54,702 nucleotides of DNA from contig JBBEAB010000064.1 of the NCBI GenBank assembly GCA_040899645.1, positions 14,164 through 68,865 of the forward strand. Reading direction: 5' to 3'. A program made the position numbers and the translations under genes. Below are positions 29,783 through 38,389 of the stretch, piece by piece (position 1 is the stretch's first letter; each line of letters starts with the position of its first letter). The DNA is from Steroidobacteraceae bacterium (GTDB lineage Bacteria > Pseudomonadota > Gammaproteobacteria > Steroidobacterales > Steroidobacteraceae). The notes under the pieces are model-generated. The model was not told the DNA's origin and ran no database searches. It saw only the letters and a program-made list of their open reading frames with translations.

Positions 29783-31434
29783 CAAAAGCTGCGCTTGGTC
29801 TGGATCAGGAGCTGCGCCCGATTGAGCGACCGGGGCCCATCGAGCGGGAAAGCGACGTCGATGTGCAGCACATTGCCGCGTGCGGTGCGTGTGCTGCCGA
29901 GCCGCAGGCCGATGCCGATGTCCTTGAGCAGGCCCAGGTCGGCGGTCGGGCCGAAGGCGGAGTCGCCCCAGCTGCATCCCATGTCGAAGAAGACGGCGCC
30001 GCCAATGTCGGCGAGCTTCCACAGCGAGCGATTTGTGTAGTAGCGCTGCTCGAGCGTGAGGAGGGCGCGACTGCTGCCGTTCTGGTAGCGCAACGGGTAA
30101 CCGCGCAGGCCCGTGTCGCCGCCGATCGTGAGTTCGTGGTCGGCATCCAGCGCGTGACCTAGTTCGCCGCCCAGGGCCGCGAAAAAGGTGCTGCGCGGCC
30201 CTGTTTCACGGTAGTAGCGCACGCCGCCCGCCAGCAGGCCGTCGGCCAGCGCGCCGTGTTCGATACGGCCGCCGAGCGTGCCCTGGACAAACAGGGATTG
30301 CCGATCGCCGAAGCGGTAACCGCGACTCGCCTCGGCGCGCAACAGCACTGCACTGCGGTCGGCGCCAAAGGCCGCATCGGCCAGGCCGAGTTCGATGGCG
30401 TAGCGCAAGCCGAAATGCAGGTCCTCCGTGCGCTCGATCTGGTCACGATTGCGCACGGTCTCGAAATCATCCTGCACGCTCTCCAGGCGCAGGAACGGAT
30501 AGTCGAGCCGGCGGTTTTCCGGCAGCGTGAATGGTGCGGTCTCGCCCGGCGCCAAATTGAACGCTGCCTGCTCGTGGCGCAGGCCGAGCACGATGCGGCG
30601 CGTCCAGCCATCCTGCAGGCCGCGCGACCAGCCGAAGCGCAGCTCGGCACGGTCCTTGTCCTGGCCATAGGCGGCGATCGCCTCGCCCAGGCGGTAGACC
30701 TGCTCGACCGAGTCTTCCTGCGCGAATTCGAATCCGGCACTCCACCGGGTGTCGAGCGAATAGAACGGCCGCTCGAGGGCGACGAAGATGCCGGCGCCGT
30801 CGTCGCTGTCGCGCAACGCCAGCTCGCTGCGCCAGCGACTGCCCCAGACATCCGGGTCGCGCCATCGGACCGTATAGGAACTGCGATCAACATCGCTCGA
30901 GTAGTCGACCGCCAGGTGCTTGCCGAAGCCGAACAGGTTGAGTTCCTCGAGCTGGATGCCGGTCGAGTTCTCGCCGCCGCTGCGGCCGAAAGAGATGCCC
31001 GGGCTAGTGCTCCAGACCTCGTGCGTGATGACCTCGAGGTCCACCAGCCCATCGCGATAGCCGACGATGCGGATTTCGGGTTCGCGGATGAAGCGGAGCT
31101 CGCGCAGGTTGCGCGCGGTTTCGTCGATGCGCCGCCGGGAGTAGAGGTCGCCCGGCCGGAACAGCAACTGGGACTCGATCACTGAGTCGCGGGTGTCGAT
31201 GTGAACCCGGTCGGCAAGCCGGTAAATCGCCTTGCGCTCGCCTTGCGCGTCGGGGTCGAAGATCGGGCGTTCCTGGACGGTCACGGTGCCGATGCGCGTG
31301 CCGCGCGCTTCGAGCTCGGCATCGTCGGGCCAGGCTGGCGCAAGCACGGGACCTGTTCCCGGGTTGTCCGCCGCGGCGGCTGCAGCCGTGAAGGCCAGCA
31401 GCAGCACGCCGGCGAGTCGAATGCCTTGGCGCAT
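29782..31434 (-). CDS. Omp85/BamA-TamA family outer-membrane protein (bacterial surface antigen D15 domain)
   Basis: Signal peptide MRQGIRLAGVLLLAFTAAAAAA, a POTRA-like N-terminus and a C-terminal beta-barrel (GGDTGLRGYPLRY...NVLHIDVAFPLDG...LLIQTKRSF). The ATG overlaps the upstream stop (ATGA). Confidence 0.75.
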   Translation of the reverse strand: MRQGIRLAGVLLLAFTAAAAAADNPGTGPVLAPAWPDDAELEARGTRIGTVTVQERPIFDPDAQGERKAIYRLADRVHIDTRDSVIESQLLFRPGDLYSRRRIDETARNLRELRFIREPEIRIVGYRDGLVDLEVITHEVWSTSPGISFGRSGGENSTGIQLEELNLFGFGKHLAVDYSSDVDRSSYTVRWRDPDVWGSRWRSELALRDSDDGAGIFVALERPFYSLDTRWSAGFEFAQEDSVEQVYRLGEAIAAYGQDKDRAELRFGWSRGLQDGWTRRIVLGLRHEQAAFNLAPGETAPFTLPENRRLDYPFLRLESVQDDFETVRNRDQIERTEDLHFGLRYAIELGLADAAFGADRSAVLLRAEASRGYRFGDRQSLFVQGTLGGRIEHGALADGLLAGGVRYYRETGPRSTFFAALGGELGHALDADHELTIGGDTGLRGYPLRYQNGSSRALLTLEQRYYTNRSLWKLADIGGAVFFDMGCSWGDSAFGPTADLGLLKDIGIGLRLGSTRTARGNVLHIDVAFPLDGPRSLNRAQLLIQTKRSF

Positions 31435-33413
31435 CAGCGGTTTCGCGCGAGTCGCGCAGGTGGTTGCGGGGTGCCGGAAGGCTGATAGCGGCGCTCTTCG
31501 AACAGCTCGTAAGCGGTCTGGAAGTAGGCGATGCCCAGGCGCTCCAGGTCCGGGTCATGCGGTACCGACGAGTAGTGGTCCGTGACCGGATCGTAGCGGT
31601 AGGTATTCACGGACTTCTTGAGGCCGAAGACCACGATACGACCGTCGCGATAGATCGCGACATCGTGATTGTGGTTGAACAGCGCGACCCGATGCTCCGC
31701 TGGCGTCGACAGGGCATCCTGGCCAAAGAACGGCGCCTCGTAAGGCAGACCGAGCAAGCCGAGCACGGTCGGCGCAAGGTCGATCTGCGTCATCAGGTCA
31801 TCGACGCGCCGTGGCTCGATGTGCTTCGGTGAATAGATCATCAGCGGAATCTCGTAAGTCTTCAGTGGGATCTGTTCTGCTCCATAGACGCGTGCGCCAT
31901 GATCTGCAGCGACGACGAAGATCGTGTCGTCGAACCAGGCGTGGCCACGGGCATCGGCCAGGAACTTGCCGAGTGCATAATCGGCATAGCGCACGCCCGC
32001 CACCCGACCACCGCCCTCGGCCAGGATGCCGAACTGCTCGAGTCCCGGGCGGAACGTGAACGGCTTGTGGTTCGAGGTCGTCATGATGATCGAGAAGAAT
32101 GGCTTGCCGGTTGCGTGCACCGCATCCAGGTAGCCGAGCGAGTGATCGAACAGGTCCTCGTCGCTGACGCCCCAGATGTTCTCGAAGCGCACGGACTGGA
32201 TGTCGTTGCGGTCCTGCGTTTCAAAGCCGTTGCTGCCAAAGAAGTAATTCATGTTGTCGAAATATCCGTAGCCGCCATACAGGAAGCTCGTGCGGTAGCC
32301 GAGCGAACGCATCACGGCGCCCCAGGTTGCCACGTGTTCGTTGCCGGGACGGCGCAGGATGGAGACGGTCGGGATCGGCGGAATCGAACTGGTGAATGCC
32401 TCGAGCCCGCGCACCGTGCGGGTGCCGGAGGCATAGGCATTCGAGAACCAGAGGCCCTGCTGCGCGATGGCATCGAAGTTCGGCGTCAGGTCGCGATCCG
32501 ACCCGTAGAGCCGGCTGAACTCGGCGCCAAAGGATTCACTCGAGACGAGCACGACATTGAGCCGCCCAAGACCGCCTGCGCGTGCCGGGTAGGCACGGTC
32601 GAGGCGCCCATCCGGGAGGTGGGTGAGCCGGCCACCACCGCGTTTCAGTTCTCGGGCGATGAGCGCGAAGTTCTCGGTCCGGTCTGCGCTGCGATAGTTT
32701 GCGTAGTAATCGATCTCGTTGGTCGTCGCGGCGCGCACGAAACTACTGATGCCGTTCTGCACCAGTTCGTTGGCGACGCGATTGGACGCGACCGAAAGTG
32801 CATCGGTGGGCCAGTAGCCGATCGCCAGGCAAACCGCGGCCGCGTGCAGCGCCAGCGGCTTCAGGCGATGGCGCACTGCGACGGCCGCATGACCGACATC
32901 CCACGACCGGCGCTGAATCCACCAGAGCCCCGCGCTGGCCAGCATGCCGGCGCAGGCGACGACCAGCACGACCGGGTATTCGGCCCATACATCGCCGGCA
33001 ACCTCGGTTGGATAGGCCAGGTAGTCGAAAGCAACCAGGTTGAAGCGGGCGTCGAATTCCTCGAAAAAATAGAACTCCGCAACCGCCAGGAAAGTCAGGC
33101 CGAAGAGCGTGAGCCAGCTGCCGATCGCGAGCACGACGCGATTGGCCTGCGACCGGTACCAGCGGTCCGGCAGCAGTGCCGTGTAGATTGCGAGCGGCGC
33201 GAGCAGGTAGAGCGCGACGACGGCGTCATTCAGCAAGCCACCGGCCAGAATGGCGGGCAATGCCGCCGCCCCGACCCCGGCGGCGATGCCGAACTTCCAC
33301 CAGAGCCAGGCGCGCGAGAACGCGCCGAGCAGCACGGCGGCGGCGCCCAGTCCGAGCAGCAGGCGAAATCGTTGCAGCACGACGGATTGGACGGTCTGCG
33401 CCGCCCGGATCAA
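31434..33413 (-). CDS. LTA-synthase / sulfatase-family membrane protein (LtaS/MdoB/EptA-like phospho-group transferase)
   Basis: Five N-terminal TM helices followed by an extracytoplasmic alkaline-phosphatase-superfamily domain (VVLVSSESFGAE, GTRTVRGLEA, MTTSNHKPF, VVAADHGAR). TTG start at 33413; a GTG 33 nt downstream is an alternative. Confidence 0.75.
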   Translation of the reverse strand: MIRAAQTVQSVVLQRFRLLLGLGAAAVLLGAFSRAWLWWKFGIAAGVGAAALPAILAGGLLNDAVVALYLLAPLAIYTALLPDRWYRSQANRVVLAIGSWLTLFGLTFLAVAEFYFFEEFDARFNLVAFDYLAYPTEVAGDVWAEYPVVLVVACAGMLASAGLWWIQRRSWDVGHAAVAVRHRLKPLALHAAAVCLAIGYWPTDALSVASNRVANELVQNGISSFVRAATTNEIDYYANYRSADRTENFALIARELKRGGGRLTHLPDGRLDRAYPARAGGLGRLNVVLVSSESFGAEFSRLYGSDRDLTPNFDAIAQQGLWFSNAYASGTRTVRGLEAFTSSIPPIPTVSILRRPGNEHVATWGAVMRSLGYRTSFLYGGYGYFDNMNYFFGSNGFETQDRNDIQSVRFENIWGVSDEDLFDHSLGYLDAVHATGKPFFSIIMTTSNHKPFTFRPGLEQFGILAEGGGRVAGVRYADYALGKFLADARGHAWFDDTIFVVAADHGARVYGAEQIPLKTYEIPLMIYSPKHIEPRRVDDLMTQIDLAPTVLGLLGLPYEAPFFGQDALSTPAEHRVALFNHNHDVAIYRDGRIVVFGLKKSVNTYRYDPVTDHYSSVPHDPDLERLGIAYFQTAYELFEERRYQPSGTPQPPARLARNR

Positions 33414-33431
33414 TCGGTCCGGCGTCCGGCC

Positions 33432-35750
33432 TCAGAACTGCCAGAGCACGCCGATTGATGGCACCAGTGGCAGCCAGTCGCTGCGGCGCGTCCTGAAGTT
33501 CACGCCGCCGGCGCCGTCGTCTTCGGCGATCAGCTCCGAGCAACAGGTATTGCCGATGTTGACCGCATTGCTCAGCTCGATGGTGAACGCCAGATTGCCG
33601 ACCGACAGTGGCCGCCGGTACTCGGCGCGCAGGTCGAGCGTCGCACGCGTCGGAAACCGCGCGGCATTGCGAGCGCCAAGCGCGTCGTTCTGCAGGCGCG
33701 TCGTTGGCCAGCCGCCATGTGAACCCACGACCGCGCCGAAACGCCAGGGTCCCTGCGACCAGTCAACGCCGGCACTCGCAGCCCAGGTCTGGTCCCAGCT
33801 GCGCGGCACATGACGCCCGCTGACCTTGTCCAAGGCTTCGGACCAGCTGAGGCCCAGCCACCACGTGAGCTCGCGGCGCTCCGCGATCACCGAGAACTCC
33901 GCGCCCTGCGCTTCGGCCGCAACGGGCGCGACCATCACCCGGTCCGGTGCGATCTCCGGTATCAACGTCAGCGGATCGAGCAGATTCTCGAAGTGCGGAC
34001 GCGGCTCGGACTGGAGCTTGCGAAACAGCTCGAGTCGCAGTGCCAGGCCACCCTGCAGGCGGTGATCGACGCCGACGATCCAGTGTTCCGAGCTTTGCGC
34101 TTCCGGGAAAGCGGAGAGGCCGTCTTCGACCTTCAGTTCGTGCACTTCGTCGGTCTGGTGAAAGCGGCCCCAGTGTGCGCGCAGCTGGGTCGCCGGCCCG
34201 AGCTGCCAGAGCAGGTTGAGCCGCGGGTCGTAGAGCCAGCTCTCTGCAGTCGTGCCGGAGGTGATGGTTCGCTGCGCCCGCAGCCCGACTTCCGATGTCA
34301 CCGAATCCGTGACCCGCCAGCGGTGCGCGGCAAAGAGCGCCACGCGTTCGCGCTTCGGGGCGAGCTCGATCGCGCGCGAAAGCGTCGGCGCTCGCCCGAA
34401 AAGGCCAGCGACGGCATCGGAGTAAGCCGCAGCCGCTGAGTAGTCGTAGTCTGCATCCTCGGTCGTCCATTCGAATCCGGCTTCGAACCAGTGACGCGAC
34501 TGCGGTTGCCAGGTGGCCCTGCCACGCAGTTCCCGGTAGTCCGATGAGCGATCGTCGATGACCGAACCGGTGGCGATGCCCGGTTTGTCGATGCTGCCGA
34601 CGCGGGAACTTTCCACACTGCTGTCACCAAGCCACAGGGACGCCGCTACGCCGTTCTCCCAGGCGCGATCGGCGCGCAGCCACAGGTATCGATTACGACT
34701 CTCGATCTGGGCCACCTCGCCCTGGCCTTCGCGGGAAATCGACAGTTCATCGCGCGACCACAGTAGGTTGGCGGTCACCCGCAGGCGGTCCTCGGTGCCA
34801 AATCCTGCGCGGGCATAGACGTCCGAGTAGGTCGGGCTGCCGGCGTCGTGCGCAAATGCCTCGATGAACGGCTTCAGCGTGCCGACCCGGCCGGCGGCCA
34901 GCCAGTCGGCGTCGAGTGCGTCCAGCGTGCCGCCGCGGCGCGCCATCGCGTTGAAAACGGAGAGGCCGAGCGCGTTGCGCGGTTCGCCGGTGGCCCCGAT
35001 CGTTCGCAGGTCGAAGACGCCGCCCATGCGGTTGCCGTAGCGGACCGGAAAGCCACCGGTATAGATCTCGGCAACATCGATCAGCCCCGGATCGAGCACG
35101 CCAAATACGCTCTGGTAGCCCGGGATATGAAATGCCTGGCGCAGCGGAAAACCATCCAGCAGCGTCAGTTGCTCGCCGGTTTCGCCGCCGCGAATGCTGG
35201 ATTGGGCGGAGAGGCTGGTTTGCGCGATGCCGGGCAATCGGCCGAGCGCACGGATCGCGTCCTCGCCGATGACCGGCTGTGCGGCAATCATCTCACCATC
35301 GACATGCACCGAGCCGAATGAGCGGGTGCCGTCCAGCGCATAGCGGCTGGTCGATACCACGACCTCCGCGAGCTGCACACCCGTCAGTGGCCGCGCGTCG
35401 GCCGCGTCGATCGACTGGCCGTCCCCGTTGCGCCGATCTGCGTCGCCGGTTGCGGTCACCACCGCATAAAGCCCGGGGCGTACCGCGGACAATGCGAGTC
35501 CATGCTCAACGAGGATCTCGCTCGCGATCTCCAGTCGATTGGCCGAGCGCGGCTCCGCAAGGACGCGCAGCGTCGCGGGCACCAGTTCGGAGCTGTAGAT
35601 GAAATCGATTCCCGTGTCGCGCAGCTCGATCAGCACTTCGACGACCGGCCGGCCGGCGTAACGCGGCTCGTCCGCGCCGGCGGGCATCAGCGGGGCGATG
35701 ATGCAGACGAAGAGGGCGCCGAGGATGAACCGGCGAAAGCTTCCGACCAT
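33432..35750 (-). CDS. TonB-dependent transducer (TonB-dependent receptor with N-terminal STN signalling domain)
   Basis: Signal peptide, an STN-like domain (VEVLIELRDTGIDFIYSSELVPATLRV...GLYAVV), a TonB box/plug (LAEVVVSTSR), a 22-strand barrel and a terminal F. Confidence 0.85.
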   Translation of the reverse strand: MVGSFRRFILGALFVCIIAPLMPAGADEPRYAGRPVVEVLIELRDTGIDFIYSSELVPATLRVLAEPRSANRLEIASEILVEHGLALSAVRPGLYAVVTATGDADRRNGDGQSIDAADARPLTGVQLAEVVVSTSRYALDGTRSFGSVHVDGEMIAAQPVIGEDAIRALGRLPGIAQTSLSAQSSIRGGETGEQLTLLDGFPLRQAFHIPGYQSVFGVLDPGLIDVAEIYTGGFPVRYGNRMGGVFDLRTIGATGEPRNALGLSVFNAMARRGGTLDALDADWLAAGRVGTLKPFIEAFAHDAGSPTYSDVYARAGFGTEDRLRVTANLLWSRDELSISREGQGEVAQIESRNRYLWLRADRAWENGVAASLWLGDSSVESSRVGSIDKPGIATGSVIDDRSSDYRELRGRATWQPQSRHWFEAGFEWTTEDADYDYSAAAAYSDAVAGLFGRAPTLSRAIELAPKRERVALFAAHRWRVTDSVTSEVGLRAQRTITSGTTAESWLYDPRLNLLWQLGPATQLRAHWGRFHQTDEVHELKVEDGLSAFPEAQSSEHWIVGVDHRLQGGLALRLELFRKLQSEPRPHFENLLDPLTLIPEIAPDRVMVAPVAAEAQGAEFSVIAERRELTWWLGLSWSEALDKVSGRHVPRSWDQTWAASAGVDWSQGPWRFGAVVGSHGGWPTTRLQNDALGARNAARFPTRATLDLRAEYRRPLSVGNLAFTIELSNAVNIGNTCCSELIAEDDGAGGVNFRTRRSDWLPLVPSIGVLWQF

Positions 35751-35765
35751 CCCTTTATTAAAAGC

Positions 35766-36452
35766 CTAGTCGGCGCCGACTGCCACTGCCGGATGCGCAA
35801 ACTGGCGGCGCGATTCCAGCCAGGCCCAGAGCGCATTCCACTGGTGCAGTTCCGGGTGCACGCGTGCCGGATTCATGTCGTGCAGGCCGAGACCCTGTTC
35901 GCCGGCAAAGACGTAGCTCTGCGAGTCCCGGAGCGTGGTAATCACCGGAATCTGCATCTGGTCCAGGAAACGCATCAGCGTGCGGAAGATGATCGTGTTC
36001 GGCTTGACGCGGTTGGCGATGACCCCGAGCCGGTTCTCGCGGCGCTTGATCTTGCCGGAAATCAGCAGGTGGCCGATGCAGCGCGAGCAGGCGTGGATGT
36101 CGGCATCGGAGGGCATCACGGGCACGAGCACCGCGTCCGCATCGCGCACGTGCTCGATGAACTGCGGCGGCTGCAACGCGGCCGGCGTGTCCACGATCAC
36201 ACGGTCGGTGCCGGGCGGGATACGCAGCTGGAAGCTCCGCGTCACGCCGATGGTGCGCGCGTAGGCGGCAATGCCGTGGATGGCGGGGCGCTCCTGTGGG
36301 CGCTTCTCGAGCCAGCGCGAGCTCGTGCCCTGCGGGTCGAAATCCATCAGCGCCGGCCGGTAGCCACGCGCCGCGTACATCGCGGCGATGCCGGTCGCAA
36401 TCGTGGACTTTCCCGAGCCGCCCTTTGGATTGAGCAGGACAATACGCAACAT
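35766..36452 (-). CDS. ParA/MinD-like P-loop ATPase (orphan)
   Basis: Deviant Walker A motif (LNPKGGSGKST). 228 aa. Sits 15 nt upstream of the transducer gene. Confidence 0.75.
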   Translation of the reverse strand: MLRIVLLNPKGGSGKSTIATGIAAMYAARGYRPALMDFDPQGTSSRWLEKRPQERPAIHGIAAYARTIGVTRSFQLRIPPGTDRVIVDTPAALQPPQFIEHVRDADAVLVPVMPSDADIHACSRCIGHLLISGKIKRRENRLGVIANRVKPNTIIFRTLMRFLDQMQIPVITTLRDSQSYVFAGEQGLGLHDMNPARVHPELHQWNALWAWLESRRQFAHPAVAVGAD

Positions 36453-36578
36453 GGCACCCCCGCGCCCAACCCCGAGACTACGCCGCGACCTCGATCAGGG
36501 CAAGGCAGCCAGGTTGCGGCTCGCCACCCGGGCCAGGCGCTTATACTGGCGGAATTCGCTGGTTTATTAAGGTGTTAG

Positions 36579-37820
36579 GTGCAGCGTCCCCGGGTTGTCG
36601 TGGTTGGAGCCGGGTTCGGCGGACTCGCCGCAGTGCGAGGCCTCGCAGGCGTCGCCGTCGACATCACGTTGATCGATCGGCAGAACCACCACCTTTTCCA
36701 GCCGCTCCTCTATCAGGTTGCGACCGCCGGCTTGTCGCCGGCGGAGATCGCCTGGCCGATCCGCCACATGCTGCGCCGCCAGCGCAACGCGCGCGTCCTG
36801 ATGGGCGAAGTCACCGCCATCGACACGGGTCGCCAGGTCGTGATGCTCGGCGACGGCCCCATTTCCTACGACTGGCTGGTGCTGGCAACCGGCGCGACGC
36901 ATGGGTACTTCGGCCATGACGAATGGGCCTCTTACGCGCCGGGTCTCAAGGATCTCGACGACGCGACCGCGATACGCCGCCGCCTGCTGCTCGCATTCGA
37001 GCAGGCGGAGATGGCATCCAACCCGGCAACCTGCATGAGACTGCTGACCGTCGCGATCGTCGGCGGCGGCCCCACCGGCGTCGAGATGGCGGGTGCGGTC
37101 GCTGAACTCGCGCGCCGGGCGTTGGCGGCGGATTTTCGCGAAATCGACCCGCAACGCACGCGCGTACTATTGATCGAGGCCGGGCCGCGTCTGTTGCCGG
37201 GCTTTCCGGAAGAGCTGTCGCGTTACACGCATCTAGCGCTCCAGCGTCTTGGCGTTGAAGTCTGTCTCGGCCAACCGGTGACCCGTTGCGACCCGGAGGG
37301 CGTCACGCTCGGCGGCGAGCTGATCGAGGCAGGCACCATCGTGTGGGCGGCCGGTGTCAAGGCATCGCCCGCTGCGTACTGGCTGGGCGTCGCCGGCGAT
37401 CGCGCAGGCCGCGTCCCGGTCGGCTCACAGCTGAAGCCGCCGGGCCACGACAACATCTTCGTCATCGGCGACACGGCGCTCGTGCGCGACGCTCCGGCTC
37501 CAGGTATCGCGCCGGTCGCCAAGCAGCAAGGTGCCTATGTCGCGCGCGCGATCCGGGCGGCGATGCGCGGCGAGTTGGAGGTCGAGCCTTTTGTCTATCG
37601 CGATCGCGGCCTGCTCGCGACCATCGGCCGGCGCGCAGCGGTCATCACCTACAAGCGGTGGCAGCTGCGGGGGTGGCTCGCGTGGTGGCTGTGGGGCGCG
37701 GCGCACATCTATTTCCTGGTCAGCATGCGAAATCGACTCATCGTGATGACGCAATGGCTGTGGTCCTACCTCGTATTCGAGCGCGGCGCGCGGCTGATCA
37801 CGGGCTTCAAGCGACCCTGA
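36579..37820 (+). CDS. ndh: type II NADH:quinone oxidoreductase (NDH-2)
   Basis: Two GxGxxG dinucleotide folds (VVVGAGFGG, VAIVGGGPTGVE) and a C-terminal membrane-anchoring region. GTG start with an aaggtg RBS. Confidence 0.85.
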   Translation: MQRPRVVVVGAGFGGLAAVRGLAGVAVDITLIDRQNHHLFQPLLYQVATAGLSPAEIAWPIRHMLRRQRNARVLMGEVTAIDTGRQVVMLGDGPISYDWLVLATGATHGYFGHDEWASYAPGLKDLDDATAIRRRLLLAFEQAEMASNPATCMRLLTVAIVGGGPTGVEMAGAVAELARRALAADFREIDPQRTRVLLIEAGPRLLPGFPEELSRYTHLALQRLGVEVCLGQPVTRCDPEGVTLGGELIEAGTIVWAAGVKASPAAYWLGVAGDRAGRVPVGSQLKPPGHDNIFVIGDTALVRDAPAPGIAPVAKQQGAYVARAIRAAMRGELEVEPFVYRDRGLLATIGRRAAVITYKRWQLRGWLAWWLWGAAHIYFLVSMRNRLIVMTQWLWSYLVFERGARLITGFKRP

Positions 37821-38292
37821 ACCGCCGCTGGCCCAGAAAGCCGATTCCAGCGAAGAACACGAATGTCAGCGCGTGCGCGATCGCGAACGGTGGTTCGGTC
37901 TGCGTCGGCGCGAGTGCCATGAAGGGCGGCTGCTTCAGGAACAGCTGTACGACCGCCACGAATGCATTGAGGTACAGGGCGAGCACGGCGGTCACGACGT
38001 AGGCGGTGCGCCATCCACCCGCGAGCCTGCGGCCATAGAGCGCGTACGTGGCGACCAGCAGCACGACCAGGGAGATCGCGCCGACCACATGCGGCGGGCC
38101 GATCTTCACGAATGGCAACATGAATCCTGTGATGCTGGTCAGCCACGTCGTCGCCAGGAAAAACGCCGTGCAGGCCGGCATGCGTCGCGCCGTCAACAAT
38201 CCGAAGCACACGACGAGGCCACTCGCGATGGCCAAGAGGCTGATGACGACATGCAAGTCGATGAATGCTGCCGTGGACATACCGAGTGTCAT
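37807..38292 (-). CDS. hypothetical integral membrane protein
   Basis: Four or five predicted TM helices. ATG at 38292 is preceded by an aaggag RBS. Its 3' end overlaps the convergent ndh by 14 nt. Confidence 0.5.
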   Translation of the reverse strand: MTLGMSTAAFIDLHVVISLLAIASGLVVCFGLLTARRMPACTAFFLATTWLTSITGFMLPFVKIGPPHVVGAISLVVLLVATYALYGRRLAGGWRTAYVVTAVLALYLNAFVAVVQLFLKQPPFMALAPTQTEPPFAIAHALTFVFFAGIGFLGQRRFRVA

Positions 38293-38389
38293 TCGGACTC
38301 CTTTGACGACGGGTGAGCCGTCACCTAGCATGTTGCGCGTTCTGCGTGGCCGTCAACCGGAGAAGTTTTGACGGGGCGCTGACAGACGA

